DNA of 64,000 nucleotides from positions 1 through 64,000 of the forward strand of contig JAYKHR010000060.1 in assembly GCA_035285125.1 (NCBI GenBank), in the 5' to 3' direction. Under the pieces are notes generated by a model. It was not told the DNA's origin. It did not search any database and saw only the letters and a list, made by a program, of their open reading frames with translations. Shown one piece after another: positions 50,502 through 59,600 of this stretch. Source of the DNA: Candidatus Sericytochromatia bacterium (GTDB taxonomy: Bacteria; Cyanobacteriota; Sericytochromatia; S15B-MN24; JAQBPE01). Position numbers and translations under genes: made by a program. Positions within the stretch are counted from its first letter, which is position 1. Every line of letters begins with the position of its first letter.

Positions 50502-50532
50502 GGCCCGGCCTCCCGAGAGGCTGGGCCTTTTT
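50502..50532 (+). terminator. Rho-independent terminator
   Basis: GGCCCGGCCTC-CCGA-GAGGCTGGGCC-TTTTT. Confidence 0.85.
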
Positions 50533-50615
50533 GCTTTCGGTGGCGCCTGCCGCGCCGATCACCGGCCGGCCGGTGGTACAATGCCACAGCATCGCCCTGA
50601 CGATCCCCCGCACGC

Positions 50616-51380
50616 ATGGCACCTCGTTTTTCCCTGACCTTCCTGGGCGTGGGCGCCGGTCTGAGCCCCGAGCTCGGCAACAACAACGCCTGGATCGAGT
50701 CCGAGGACGGCGGGGCCCACCTGCTCGTTGATTGCGGGCCGGTGACGATCCACGAACTTAAGCTGGCGGGTCGGCTGGCGGGCGTGAAGCACGCCTTCTT
50801 GACGCACGTCCACGACGACCACGTCGGTGGGCTGCAGCTCTGGGCCCAGCTCAACCGATACGTCTACCGGCACCGGCCGGTGTTGTGGTTCCCCGCCTCG
50901 CTCTACGAGGAGCTCTGGGAGGGCACGCTGCGCGGCGGCCTCGCCCGGGTCAACGACGCCAATGGCACGCCTGGCGAGGCTGGCCTGGACGCCTACTTCG
51001 ATCCCCGGCCGCTCGCCGAGGGCGAGGTTGTGGCGCTCCCCGGGTTGCCGGTGCTGACGCCGCGGCCCACGGTGCACGTCCCCGGCAAGCCCTGCTACGG
51101 CTTTTACCTGGGCGATGACGTGTATTACTCGTCCGACAGTCAGCTGCTGCCGCCCACGGAGGGGCTGGGGGGGGCACCGCTGAGGGCGGTTTTCCAGGAT
51201 TGTCAGCTCTTCGACACCTCGCCGCGCGTCCACACGCCTTTCAGCGTGCTGGCCCGGGAGATGCCGGCCGAACTCAAGGCCGTGACCCGGCTGATGCACT
51301 ACAACCACCCCCCGGAGGTTGATGCCAACGCGCACGGCTTCTGGGGCTTCGTCCAGCCCCGCGAGGCCTACTGGTTGTGA
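50616..51380 (+). CDS. MBL-fold metallo-hydrolase (RNase Z/cAMP phosphodiesterase-like)
   Basis: LTFLGVG, LLVDCG, THVHDDHVGG, HVPG, YSSD, QDC, MHY; own extended -10 TGGTACAAT at 50574-50582. Confidence 0.88.
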   Translation: MAPRFSLTFLGVGAGLSPELGNNNAWIESEDGGAHLLVDCGPVTIHELKLAGRLAGVKHAFLTHVHDDHVGGLQLWAQLNRYVYRHRPVLWFPASLYEELWEGTLRGGLARVNDANGTPGEAGLDAYFDPRPLAEGEVVALPGLPVLTPRPTVHVPGKPCYGFYLGDDVYYSSDSQLLPPTEGLGGAPLRAVFQDCQLFDTSPRVHTPFSVLAREMPAELKAVTRLMHYNHPPEVDANAHGFWGFVQPREAYWL

Positions 51381-52093
51381 GCGGGGAGGCCCTCGACACG
51401 CCCTCGCGCCTGGCGGCCACCCTGCGCGACCATGCCCTCCCGGCGGCCGTGCTCGCCTCCATCTGCGTGAGCCTCCTGCCCTTTGGCCTGTGGGTGGACC
51501 AGCTCTTCCTGACCTTCGTGCATGAGGCCTGCCACGGGCTGGCGGCCGTCCTCACGGGGGGCAGCTTCGCCTACCTCACGGTGCACGCCGACACCAGCGG
51601 CCTGGCCTACACGCGGGGGGGCTTTCGCCCGCTGATCCTCGTCGCAGGCTATGCCGGGGCCTGCTTGTGGGGTGGGGGGCTGCTGCTGGCCTCGCGCCAC
51701 CGCGGCACTGAGCGCCTCATCTGCTGGGGGCTGGCGGCCTTCTTGCTGGTGCTGACGGTCGGCTGGACCCGCAACGCGTTCGGGCTCGCTGCCGGCCTGG
51801 GCTTTGCCGCCTTCTTCGCCTGGGTCGCGCGGCGCGGGGCCGGCTGGCTGGTGTCCTGGCTGCTGGCGTTCCTGGCCGTGCGGAGCATCCTGAACTCCTT
51901 CCACGACCTCTGGGTGTTGCTCAGGCTGGCTGGCAACGGCGCCGTGACGGACGCGGACCTGCTGAGCCGCGAGCTGACGCTCGGGCTGGTGCCGCCGGTC
52001 GTCTTCGCCGCGGGGATCGCCGCCTGCTCGGTGACGCTGCTCTTGGTGCTTGGGAGGCTGGCTCACGCGCTGGGCACACGGGAGGTGGCCTGA
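51377..52093 (+). CDS. M50B-like intramembrane zinc metallopeptidase
   Basis: TFVHEACHGLAAVLTGG, SGLAYTRG, AGYAG, TDA; about 6 TM segments; GTGA overlap. Confidence 0.85.
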   Translation: MSGEALDTPSRLAATLRDHALPAAVLASICVSLLPFGLWVDQLFLTFVHEACHGLAAVLTGGSFAYLTVHADTSGLAYTRGGFRPLILVAGYAGACLWGGGLLLASRHRGTERLICWGLAAFLLVLTVGWTRNAFGLAAGLGFAAFFAWVARRGAGWLVSWLLAFLAVRSILNSFHDLWVLLRLAGNGAVTDADLLSRELTLGLVPPVVFAAGIAACSVTLLLVLGRLAHALGTREVA

Positions 52094-52094
52094 G

Positions 52095-52520
52095 ATGGAC
52101 CCGCTGAGCTGGCTCCTCACCCTGGCCCTGATGCCGGTCGGTGCGTGGAGCCTTTACCGGACGCTGTCCGGCTACAAGGCCCTGATCGAGTCCTACATCT
52201 CCGATGCCCGGGACGGCAACGAGGAGGCGCGGCTCAAGGCCTCCTCCGCTTTCGGGTGGTTCGTGCTGAGCTGGCAGGCGTGGCTGGTGGTGCTGCTGCG
52301 GGAGCCGCATCCCACCTTTGCCCTGGCCTGGGCCGTGGTGCTGGTCGTGACGGCCTGCGAGGTCGTGTTCGTCCTGCGGGTGCTCAGACGGTGCCTGCTA
52401 GGCCCTGGAGATCCTGCCGCCATGGCTCTCCTCGTCAGCTGGCCCGTCCGGGCCTGGCGCGTCGTGGCCGAGCTGATGGGGCTCGTGGGGTGCGGCCTCG
52501 CCCTCTTGCTGTCCGGCTGA
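52095..52520 (+). CDS. Hypothetical 4-TM membrane protein
   Basis: RBS GGAGG, ATG 52095; four hydrophobic segments. Confidence 0.7.
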   Translation: MDPLSWLLTLALMPVGAWSLYRTLSGYKALIESYISDARDGNEEARLKASSAFGWFVLSWQAWLVVLLREPHPTFALAWAVVLVVTACEVVFVLRVLRRCLLGPGDPAAMALLVSWPVRAWRVVAELMGLVGCGLALLLSG

Positions 52521-52681
52521 TAGCGGCGGTCAGATGAGAGCGGACTAGCAGCGCGACGAACTGGGCGCTGAGCGCAAGGAGCGAGGAGGGCGCATACTGG
52601 GGGAAGTATGTAACCGACGAGCGACGCAGCGATCGGCGTTCAGGGCTAGCGATGGTGGCCGGGCTCGTTTGACCGTCGCTA
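52521..52681 (+). mobile_element. ERIC/IRU-like MITE or structured intergenic element
   Basis: TA at both ends; 18-bp imperfect TIR TAGCGGCGGTCAGATGAG / CTCGTTTGACCGTCGCTA; nested stems and a CATACT/AGTATG hairpin. Confidence 0.65.
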
Positions 52682-52691
52682 TGAGGGGCGC

Positions 52692-53723
52692 TCAGGCCGG
52701 GGCGCTGGGCAGGGCCAGCCTGGGGTGTGGCGGGAGCCACAAGGCGTCTGGCTCGCCCGTGGCCAGCATGGCGTGGGCCAGCCCGGCGATCATGGCGGCG
52801 TTGTCAGTGCAAAGGTCCAGGGGGGGCAGCGACAGCCGCCAGCCGCGGGCCTCGCAGGCCGCTTGGAGGCTTTGCCTCAGCGCCCTGTTTGCAGCGACGC
52901 CCCCCGCGAGCGCCACCGTCGTCAGCCCCTCCGCTTCCGCAGCGGCGATGGTCTTGGCGACCAGCACGTCCACGACGGCGGCCTGGAAGCTGGCCGCCAC
53001 GTCCGCGACTGGCACGGGCAGGCCTGCCAGCCGTTGCTTCTCGACGGCCTTGCGCACGGCGGTTTTGAGGCCACTGAGGCTGAACCGGAAGCCTGGCTCG
53101 TGCAGCAGCGCGCGCGGGAAGGCGAACGCCCGCGGGTCGCCCTCGGCCGCCAGGCGGTCGAGGTGGGGGCCGCCCGGGTAGGGCAGGTCCAGGAGGCGGG
53201 CCGTCTTGTCGTACGCCTCGCCCACGGCGTCGTCGATCGTCTCGCCCAGGGTCGCGAAGGCGCGGGGGCCGTCCACGCGGACGAGGGCCGTGTGTCCGCC
53301 TGACACGAGCAGGCAGAGGAAGGGCAGCGGCAGGCTGCGGTCGGCGATGACGTTGGCCCAGATGTGGGCCGCGAGGTGGTGGACCCCGACGAACGGGATG
53401 CCGAGGGCCCAGGCCGCGCTCTTGGCCCCCACCAGCCCCACCAGCAAGGCGCCGAGGAGCCCCGGGGCGTGCGTCCCTGCAATCGCCGTCAGGTCGCCGA
53501 ACCCGACGCCTGCAGCCTCCAAGGCCTCGGCCATCAGCGGGTTGAGCGTCAGGATGTGCTGCCGGGAGGCAACCTCCGGCACCACGCCGCCGAAGCGCCG
53601 GTGGACCTCGACCTGCGAGGACACCAGGTTCGCCAGGATCTCGTGGCCGTCCCGGACCACGGCGACCGAGGTCTCGTCACAGCTGGACTCGATGCCCAGG
53701 ATCACGGAGGTAGGCTGTGGCAC
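52692..53723 (-). CDS. tsaD: tRNA N6-threonylcarbamoyladenosine transferase TsaD
   Basis: LGIESSCDET, FGGVVPEVASRQH, HHLAAH, VSGGHT, DDAVGEAYDK, GGVAAN, CTDNAAMI. Confidence 0.97.
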   Translation of the reverse strand: MPQPTSVILGIESSCDETSVAVVRDGHEILANLVSSQVEVHRRFGGVVPEVASRQHILTLNPLMAEALEAAGVGFGDLTAIAGTHAPGLLGALLVGLVGAKSAAWALGIPFVGVHHLAAHIWANVIADRSLPLPFLCLLVSGGHTALVRVDGPRAFATLGETIDDAVGEAYDKTARLLDLPYPGGPHLDRLAAEGDPRAFAFPRALLHEPGFRFSLSGLKTAVRKAVEKQRLAGLPVPVADVAASFQAAVVDVLVAKTIAAAEAEGLTTVALAGGVAANRALRQSLQAACEARGWRLSLPPLDLCTDNAAMIAGLAHAMLATGEPDALWLPPHPRLALPSAPA

Positions 53724-53727
53724 GGGC

Positions 53728-54636
53728 TCAGGCTGGCTCGGTGGGGTCCACGACGGTGGCCTTCGTGTCGATCACGGGTCGCCCGTCGGGCCCGAGGGCC
53801 GGGCTGCCGGGGGCACCCTTGGCGCTGCGCCGGAAGTACTCGGCGGCCGCCTTGCCCATCGCGAGCGTGCCGGCGTAGCCCAGGCCTCCCGCCACGAGCC
53901 AGCCTGGGCCCGGGATGAGCTTCGCCACCTGCCGCGCCACCGTGCGCAGGGCAAAGCCGCCGCCCACAACGGCCAGCACCTCCCGTAGCCGCTCGTATGA
54001 CAGGGGCTGGTCGTGGATCGTGGCGAGCCGCATGACCATCTTGATCTGGTTGAGGGTCATGACGGGCAGGTCGGCCCCAGGTACGGGAATCACGCCGACC
54101 ATCGCGTTCTGCTGCGAGGTGGCGGCGATTTCCTGCGACACGGCCTCTTCGCGCACGAAGGGGAACTGGCGCGCCAGGGACACCGCGTGGTCCTTGAACA
54201 GGGCGGTGAGGCGGCGCGCCAGCAGCGGGCGCAGCTCCGACACGCTTCCCGCCACGACGACCCGGTCGGCCCGCACGCCCGCGGTGGCAGCCACCTCGCG
54301 GCGCCTGGCGTCTTGCAGTCGCTCGTCGGGCATCACCAGCAGCAGCAGCAACGACCCGGGAGGCAGGCGCTTCAGGGCGCCGAGGTCCTGGCCTGAGGGG
54401 CCATAGGAGGCCTCGACCATCACAAGATGCAGGTCGGCCTCGGGCGGGTGGGTTGGCCCGAGTTCCAGGATGTTGAGCGTCTCCGGGTACGCGCTGCCGG
54501 CCAGGAACATCAGCCGCAGCGCATCGCGGCTCGCGTCAAGGGGCGCATAGAGGTTGACGGGGACCTGGCGATCTGCGTCTCCGGAGATCTCCCTCCAGAC
54601 CGCGAGCAACTCCGTCATCTGTGCGGGCACGGCCAT
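53728..54636 (-). CDS. DUF697-like protein
   Basis: IPVPGADLPVMTLNQIKMV...AKLIPGPGWLVAGGLGYAGTLAMG; RBS AAAGGAG; TGCTAGAAT upstream. Confidence 0.7.
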   Translation of the reverse strand: MAVPAQMTELLAVWREISGDADRQVPVNLYAPLDASRDALRLMFLAGSAYPETLNILELGPTHPPEADLHLVMVEASYGPSGQDLGALKRLPPGSLLLLLVMPDERLQDARRREVAATAGVRADRVVVAGSVSELRPLLARRLTALFKDHAVSLARQFPFVREEAVSQEIAATSQQNAMVGVIPVPGADLPVMTLNQIKMVMRLATIHDQPLSYERLREVLAVVGGGFALRTVARQVAKLIPGPGWLVAGGLGYAGTLAMGKAAAEYFRRSAKGAPGSPALGPDGRPVIDTKATVVDPTEPA

Positions 54637-54769
54637 CCTGGCGGCTCCTTTCGCGTCGGCGCTGCCCGACATTCTAGCACGGCGGTCATGGGCCACCGCG
54701 GTGCGTGTGGCAAGACGGTGCTGGGGTATGTAGGGAGCGTTCCGCTCACCTCAGACCTCCGCAGGCCCC

Positions 54770-55117
54770 ATGCTGACCCTGACCGAGTTGCACGCCTCCC
54801 ACGCCCGCATCCTCGTCGTGGCGGGGAAGATCGACGCCAAGACGATGGGGGCCTTCGAGGACGGCATCCGGGCCTTGCTCGATGCCGGGCACAGCCAGCT
54901 CGTCATCGACTTCTCCGAGGTCCCGTTCATCAGCAGCGCCGGCCTCGGGGTCCTGATGGCCGTGATCGAGGAGGTGCGCGGGGCAGGCGGGGACCTGATG
55001 CTGGCTCGCGTGCAGCCCGAGGTCTACCGGATTTTCGACATCCTGGACTTCACGTCCCTGTTCCGCTTCTTCGACACCGTGGACGCGGCGGTGGATGCGC
55101 TCCGCCCGGTCGGCTGA
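54770..55117 (+). CDS. STAS anti-sigma factor antagonist (RsbV/SpoIIAA-like)
   Basis: GKIDA, VIDFSEVPFISSAGLGVL (phosphorylatable Ser), VYRIFDI. Confidence 0.92.
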   Translation: MLTLTELHASHARILVVAGKIDAKTMGAFEDGIRALLDAGHSQLVIDFSEVPFISSAGLGVLMAVIEEVRGAGGDLMLARVQPEVYRIFDILDFTSLFRFFDTVDAAVDALRPVG

Positions 55118-55133
55118 CACCTTGGAGGGCACC

Positions 55134-55580
55134 GTGAGTTCCGAGGACCCGCGCGCCATCCACCTGCGCTCGAACCTGGATCACATCGGCCTGGCGCGGG
55201 ACTTCGTGGCCGCGATCGCCAGGGCCGTGCCGATGTCGGCGCGTGAGATTTACGACCTGGAGCTCGTGGTCGACGAGGCCCTGACCAACGTCATCGAGCA
55301 CGCCTACGAGGGCCGGCCGGAGCGACCCGTCGAGCTGGCCGTGACCCTCGAGGGGGATGCCCTCGTCATTGCGATCACCCACGACGGGCGCTACTTCGAC
55401 CCCGCCGGCAGGCCTGAGGTGGACCTCAAGGCCCACATCGCCGAGCGGCGGACCGGGGGCCTCGGGTTGTACCTGCTCAAGAAGCTGCTGGACGAGGTCG
55501 CCTACGGCACCGATGCCGCAGGGCGGCCATGCATCCGGATGGTGAAGCGCCGGGCCCCACGTGACGAAGGTGGGGCCTGA
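55134..55580 (+). CDS. Anti-sigma factor Ser kinase (RsbW/SpoIIAB-like)
   Basis: RBS GGAGG plus GTG; LVVDEALTNVIEHAY, DGRYFDP, GGLGLYL..LLDEVAY. Confidence 0.92.
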   Translation: MSSEDPRAIHLRSNLDHIGLARDFVAAIARAVPMSAREIYDLELVVDEALTNVIEHAYEGRPERPVELAVTLEGDALVIAITHDGRYFDPAGRPEVDLKAHIAERRTGGLGLYLLKKLLDEVAYGTDAAGRPCIRMVKRRAPRDEGGA

Positions 55581-56565
55581 GGTGGCGACGCCAGCGGTTC
55601 TCCAGGGCCTTCAGGACCGCGTGGAGCGAGTCCTGGCCTGGGCCGATGCCGCGATCGGGGAGGGGACAGGGGAGGACAGCGCGGCCGGTCGGGCCCTGCG
55701 GTCCGTGGTGCTGCCTGCGACCCGGGCCGCTCGCGAGGTCCCGGGCTGGCCCCCCGTGGCCCTGCCGTTGCTCGTCGGGGAGGTGCTGGACCTGGACGGC
55801 GACACGGCGGAGACCCTCGCCGCTGCGTGTATGCTTCACTTCGCCAGCTCCGACGTGATCGACGACGCGCAGGACGGCCACCTCGACGCGGCCCACTGGC
55901 CGACGTGGCAGGCCGCCGTCACCGCCGGCGTGGCTGCCCAGTTCCTGGCCCAGCAGGTCGCGCTCATCAGCGTTCCTGAGCCGCAACGCGCCGCCGTCGC
56001 CGCGGCGCTGGGGGGTGCGGGACTCACGATGGCGCTCGGGCAACGTCTCGACCTTGCCCAGCACGTTGCCTTGGCCGCGGCAGGTGGAGAAGACGTTCAC
56101 CTGGCCTGTGCGCGGGCCAAGACCGGCGCCTCGATCGCCCTGTTTGCCAGCTTGCCTGCCCTCGCCACGGGGGCCGGGGCCACCACTGTCACGGCCTTGC
56201 GGGGCTGGGGAGAGGCCATGGGGTGTGCCCTGCAACTTGCCAGCGACGTGCTGGACACCCTGGACCATCGCAGCCGGGACCGCGGGGCCGGCCGTGTCAC
56301 GCTGGTGGTGCAACGGGCCTGGCAGCGCCTCGCGCCAGCGGATCGCCCGCTGCTCGAGGCTGCCTGGCGCGGCGACGCTGAGGGGCCTTCGCTGGACTTC
56401 CTCTTGCAGCGGACCGGGGCCCTGGCCTACGTTCGGGCCCGCATCGGGGCTCTGCGCATCGAGGCTCGCGATGCGCTGGTGGCGCCTGGGGTGGCCCCTG
56501 GGTTGGCCGAGGCCCTGCTGGGCTGGACCGAACGCACGGGGAGCTGGGAGACCCCTCGGGTGTGA
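55561..56565 (+). CDS. Polyprenyl-synthetase-fold protein, ComQ-like non-canonical prenyltransferase
   Basis: FARM DVIDDAQD, GQRLDL, KTG, degenerate SARM QLASDVLD; lacks GKxxR and RRG; start uncertain. Confidence 0.75.
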   Translation: MTKVGPEVATPAVLQGLQDRVERVLAWADAAIGEGTGEDSAAGRALRSVVLPATRAAREVPGWPPVALPLLVGEVLDLDGDTAETLAAACMLHFASSDVIDDAQDGHLDAAHWPTWQAAVTAGVAAQFLAQQVALISVPEPQRAAVAAALGGAGLTMALGQRLDLAQHVALAAAGGEDVHLACARAKTGASIALFASLPALATGAGATTVTALRGWGEAMGCALQLASDVLDTLDHRSRDRGAGRVTLVVQRAWQRLAPADRPLLEAAWRGDAEGPSLDFLLQRTGALAYVRARIGALRIEARDALVAPGVAPGLAEALLGWTERTGSWETPRV

Positions 56566-56589
56566 TGGGCCGGCGAGTTGCCCCAAGTG

Positions 56590-56617
56590 CGTTTCGACTT
56601 CGTTAAACCCTCGTTTA
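56590..56617. promoter_or_regulatory. 11-bp-period CGTT(T/A) repeats upstream of the giant protein
   Basis: CGTTTCG 56590, CGTTAAA 56601, CGTTTAG 56612. Confidence 0.4.
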
Positions 56618-56684
56618 GCCCGGCAAGTCACCGCGGGCCCGTTCGACAACTGCAGGGCCTTCGGAAGCTTGGAGACACCACCAG

Positions 56685-59600
56685 ATGAACCTTGACGGGC
56701 TGACTGGCCCCCTGAAACCCACCCAGGCTCTTCCCACTGTGCCTTCGGCTTCGCCCGACGCCGTGCCCCTCGCGGGCGAGGTCGTGGACGCCGGCGCAGC
56801 GGCTGGACCGACGCCCGCGGCTGGTGACGACCTGGGCATGCCGACCGGGGACATCGGCCTGGGGAGGCCACCCGCCCGGCCCGGACGGGTGAATGTCGAC
56901 GTGGCCGCCTCTCAGGCGCTGGCCAGGGTGGTCCCGGGAGCCAGCCTCGAGGGCGACTGGCCTATGGCTCACGTCGCCGAGCTCGTGAAGGCCGTAGAGG
57001 AACTGCCCGTGCCGATCTTGCCGTGGTGGCATGGCCACGTTTTTCGGCAGGTGACGCGGGCGGCGGACAAGGGACGCCAGGGCCCCCGGGAGGAGGACGA
57101 CCGAGAGGACCTCGTCGCGGAGGTGCGCCGCCAGCTCGTGCGGGTGGACCCCGCCCGCCGGCTGGTGCTGATCGACGCGGAGCTCTTCACCTTGCCGGCG
57201 GTGGGAGGCAAGAAGGCCCTCTCGCTGGCCCTCGCCAAGGCCCTCGGCCAGAGCGCCCCGTCGCGAGTCGGCACGGTGCTCGGAACCGAGTTTCCTCGCC
57301 TGTCCGGGTGGCAGGTCTCGGCGCGCAGCCCTGGGGCGCCCCCGTTGCCGCCGCGCCCATACGAGGGGGTGGCCCCTTTCGAGGCGTCACCCCCCGGGCA
57401 GGCCGTTGGGCCCGCCGGGCCCCTGCCTCGCCCGCAGGCCGGACCTGACCGCCCGCGGGCGCCGCAGACCGGTCGACTCCTCCGCCAGGACGAACTCCCT
57501 GGGGCTGGCTTGCGCCGCGCCCCTGGGGCGGGGCGGCCCGAGGCCCCCGCGCCCGGCTCGCCTGCCAAGCCCGGCGGTCTCGGGGCTGCCTCGCATCCCG
57601 CTGAGCCGCCCCGGCGCCCTGGTGAGAGGGCTTCGCAGCCTTCGAGTGGCGCGCCTCGCGGCACGCAGCCGCTGTCCCCCGAGGGTGGGCCCCGCGGCCC
57701 GCAACCTCCCGCGGGGGGAGGGCGCGGATCTCAGCCCCTGCCGCCCGGCGGTGGCTCTCGCGGCTCTCAGCCTCTGCCGCCCGCTGAGGGACCCCGCGGC
57801 GCCCAGACCTTGCCTCCGGCAGGCGGCCCCGGCGGCTCCGCGTCGGGGACAGGCCGCACCCCGGCCGCCGAGCCGCCGGGGCTTCGGGCGGCGCCGCCCT
57901 TGCGCGGCCCCCTGGCGGGCCGTGGCCCGACGATGCCGAAGGACGTGGAAGGGCCGTTGGTGCCTGGCCCTGACGCGGCCACGGGGTTCGGGCCGTTCGC
58001 CGTGCCTGAGGGGGTGGGCCTCCCCCCCGGGCCGCCGGGGCTGGGGGGGGAAATGCCCCCTGGAGTGGCCCCGCTGGACGCGCCCGGGGAGGCAGCGGGT
58101 CCGTTTGCCCCTACGGCCGCGCCTGGGGAGGCTGCAGGTCCGGTTGCGCCGCTGGCCGCGCCCGGAGAGGCCGCGGGTCCGTTTGCGCCGACGGCTGCGC
58201 CTGGAGACGCGACAGGTCCGTTTGCGCCGCTGTCCGCGCCAGGTGAAGCCGCGGGCCGCATCGCTCCGATGCCCGCGGGCCGCCCGCCGCGTGGCCCTGC
58301 CTCGGAGGCCCCCCTCCTCCGGACCAACGGCAGCGCGCCGCTGGGGTCCAGGTCCGGCCCAGACCAACGCCAGCGGGGGGGGGAACGCCCTGCGGGGCTG
58401 CCGCTCCCCGTGGCTGGCGGTGGCATGGTGGAACTGCCCGGGGGCGGCAAGGTCATCTTCGAGCACGACGCCGACGCGGCGTTTGTCGGAGGCAAGGCCG
58501 CAACCGACCCGAGGGAAGACCTCGGGGAAACCCTCAAAGCGCTGATGCACGCGCCGGAGAGCCTCTTGCGGACCTCCCCCGCGAAGCTGCTGCTGCTCAA
58601 CGCGGAGGCGCGTGTCCTCGGGGCGGCGGAGGTCCGGGCGCTGGCGGCCAAGCTGGGCGTCGATCTCAAGGGCGTGCTCACGGACCTCGCCGTCTCGGGG
58701 CGGGTGACGCCGGCCACCCTGCGGCGCATCGCCGAGCACCACGGCCTGAGCGTCGATCGGGCGACGGTGGAGGCCCGCGAGCAGGCTCTGCTCGTTCGCG
58801 GAGGCACCATGGAGGCGGTGGTGTCCCGCCTCACTGCCGACCTGGCCACCCGCGGGGTGGGGGCCGCCCGCGCGGTGCGAGAAGCGGAGGCGCTCGCGGC
58901 CACCCACGCGCGCCTGCTCGCCAGCTTGCCCCTGACGGCCGACCCGAGGGCCGTCGGCCTGACGGCTGGCCAGCGGGTGTTCCGCTGGGTCGCCGAGAGC
59001 CTCGGACGCGCCGCCGGGCCCCGGGCCGGACGGGTGGGGGCCGAGCTCTCCGAGGTGCGGGCGCAGTTTCAGCGCCTGCCGCTGGCCGCCCAGCTCCGCG
59101 TGGCACCCGAGCTGGCGCTGGGGGCGACGTGGCTGCGGCTCTCCATCGCAGAGCGGGCCACGCTGCGGGACCCTGTCGCCCTGCAGGGCGTGGTCGCGAA
59201 GGCCTCCCAGGGCGTCGAGGAGGTCGCCTACGTTCCCCAGCAGCTCAACGGTTCCGAGCGTCGGGCGCTGGCGGTGCGCACCCTGGTGGATGCGCTGGTG
59301 GACCCGGGGATGGCCGGGCGCTCGCTGCGCAGCCGGCTGGGCGGCGCCGAGCCCGGGTCTCGCCGTGGGACCCAGCCCTTCGACCCGGCCTCAGGGCTCA
59401 AGGAACTGGCCGCCGTGAACGGCCAGACGGTGCTCTCTCTGCTGGGGGAAGGCGCCCGGAGGGGCCTGGCCGATCGTCAGGCCCAGGCCGCGCTGCGGCA
59501 GGCCCTCGCGGAGCCCGTGCTGCAGGAAGCCATCCAGACGCTGCGCAGCAACGGGCTCGGGGCGGAGCCCCTGCGGGCGGCCGTCCTGCGCTACGCGCTG

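Noticed and set aside
56565..56606. Micro-ORF MGRRVAPSAFRLR overlapping the prenyltransferase stop as a ComX-like substrate
   Set aside because: Only 13 aa, no Trp, and it overlaps the putative operator
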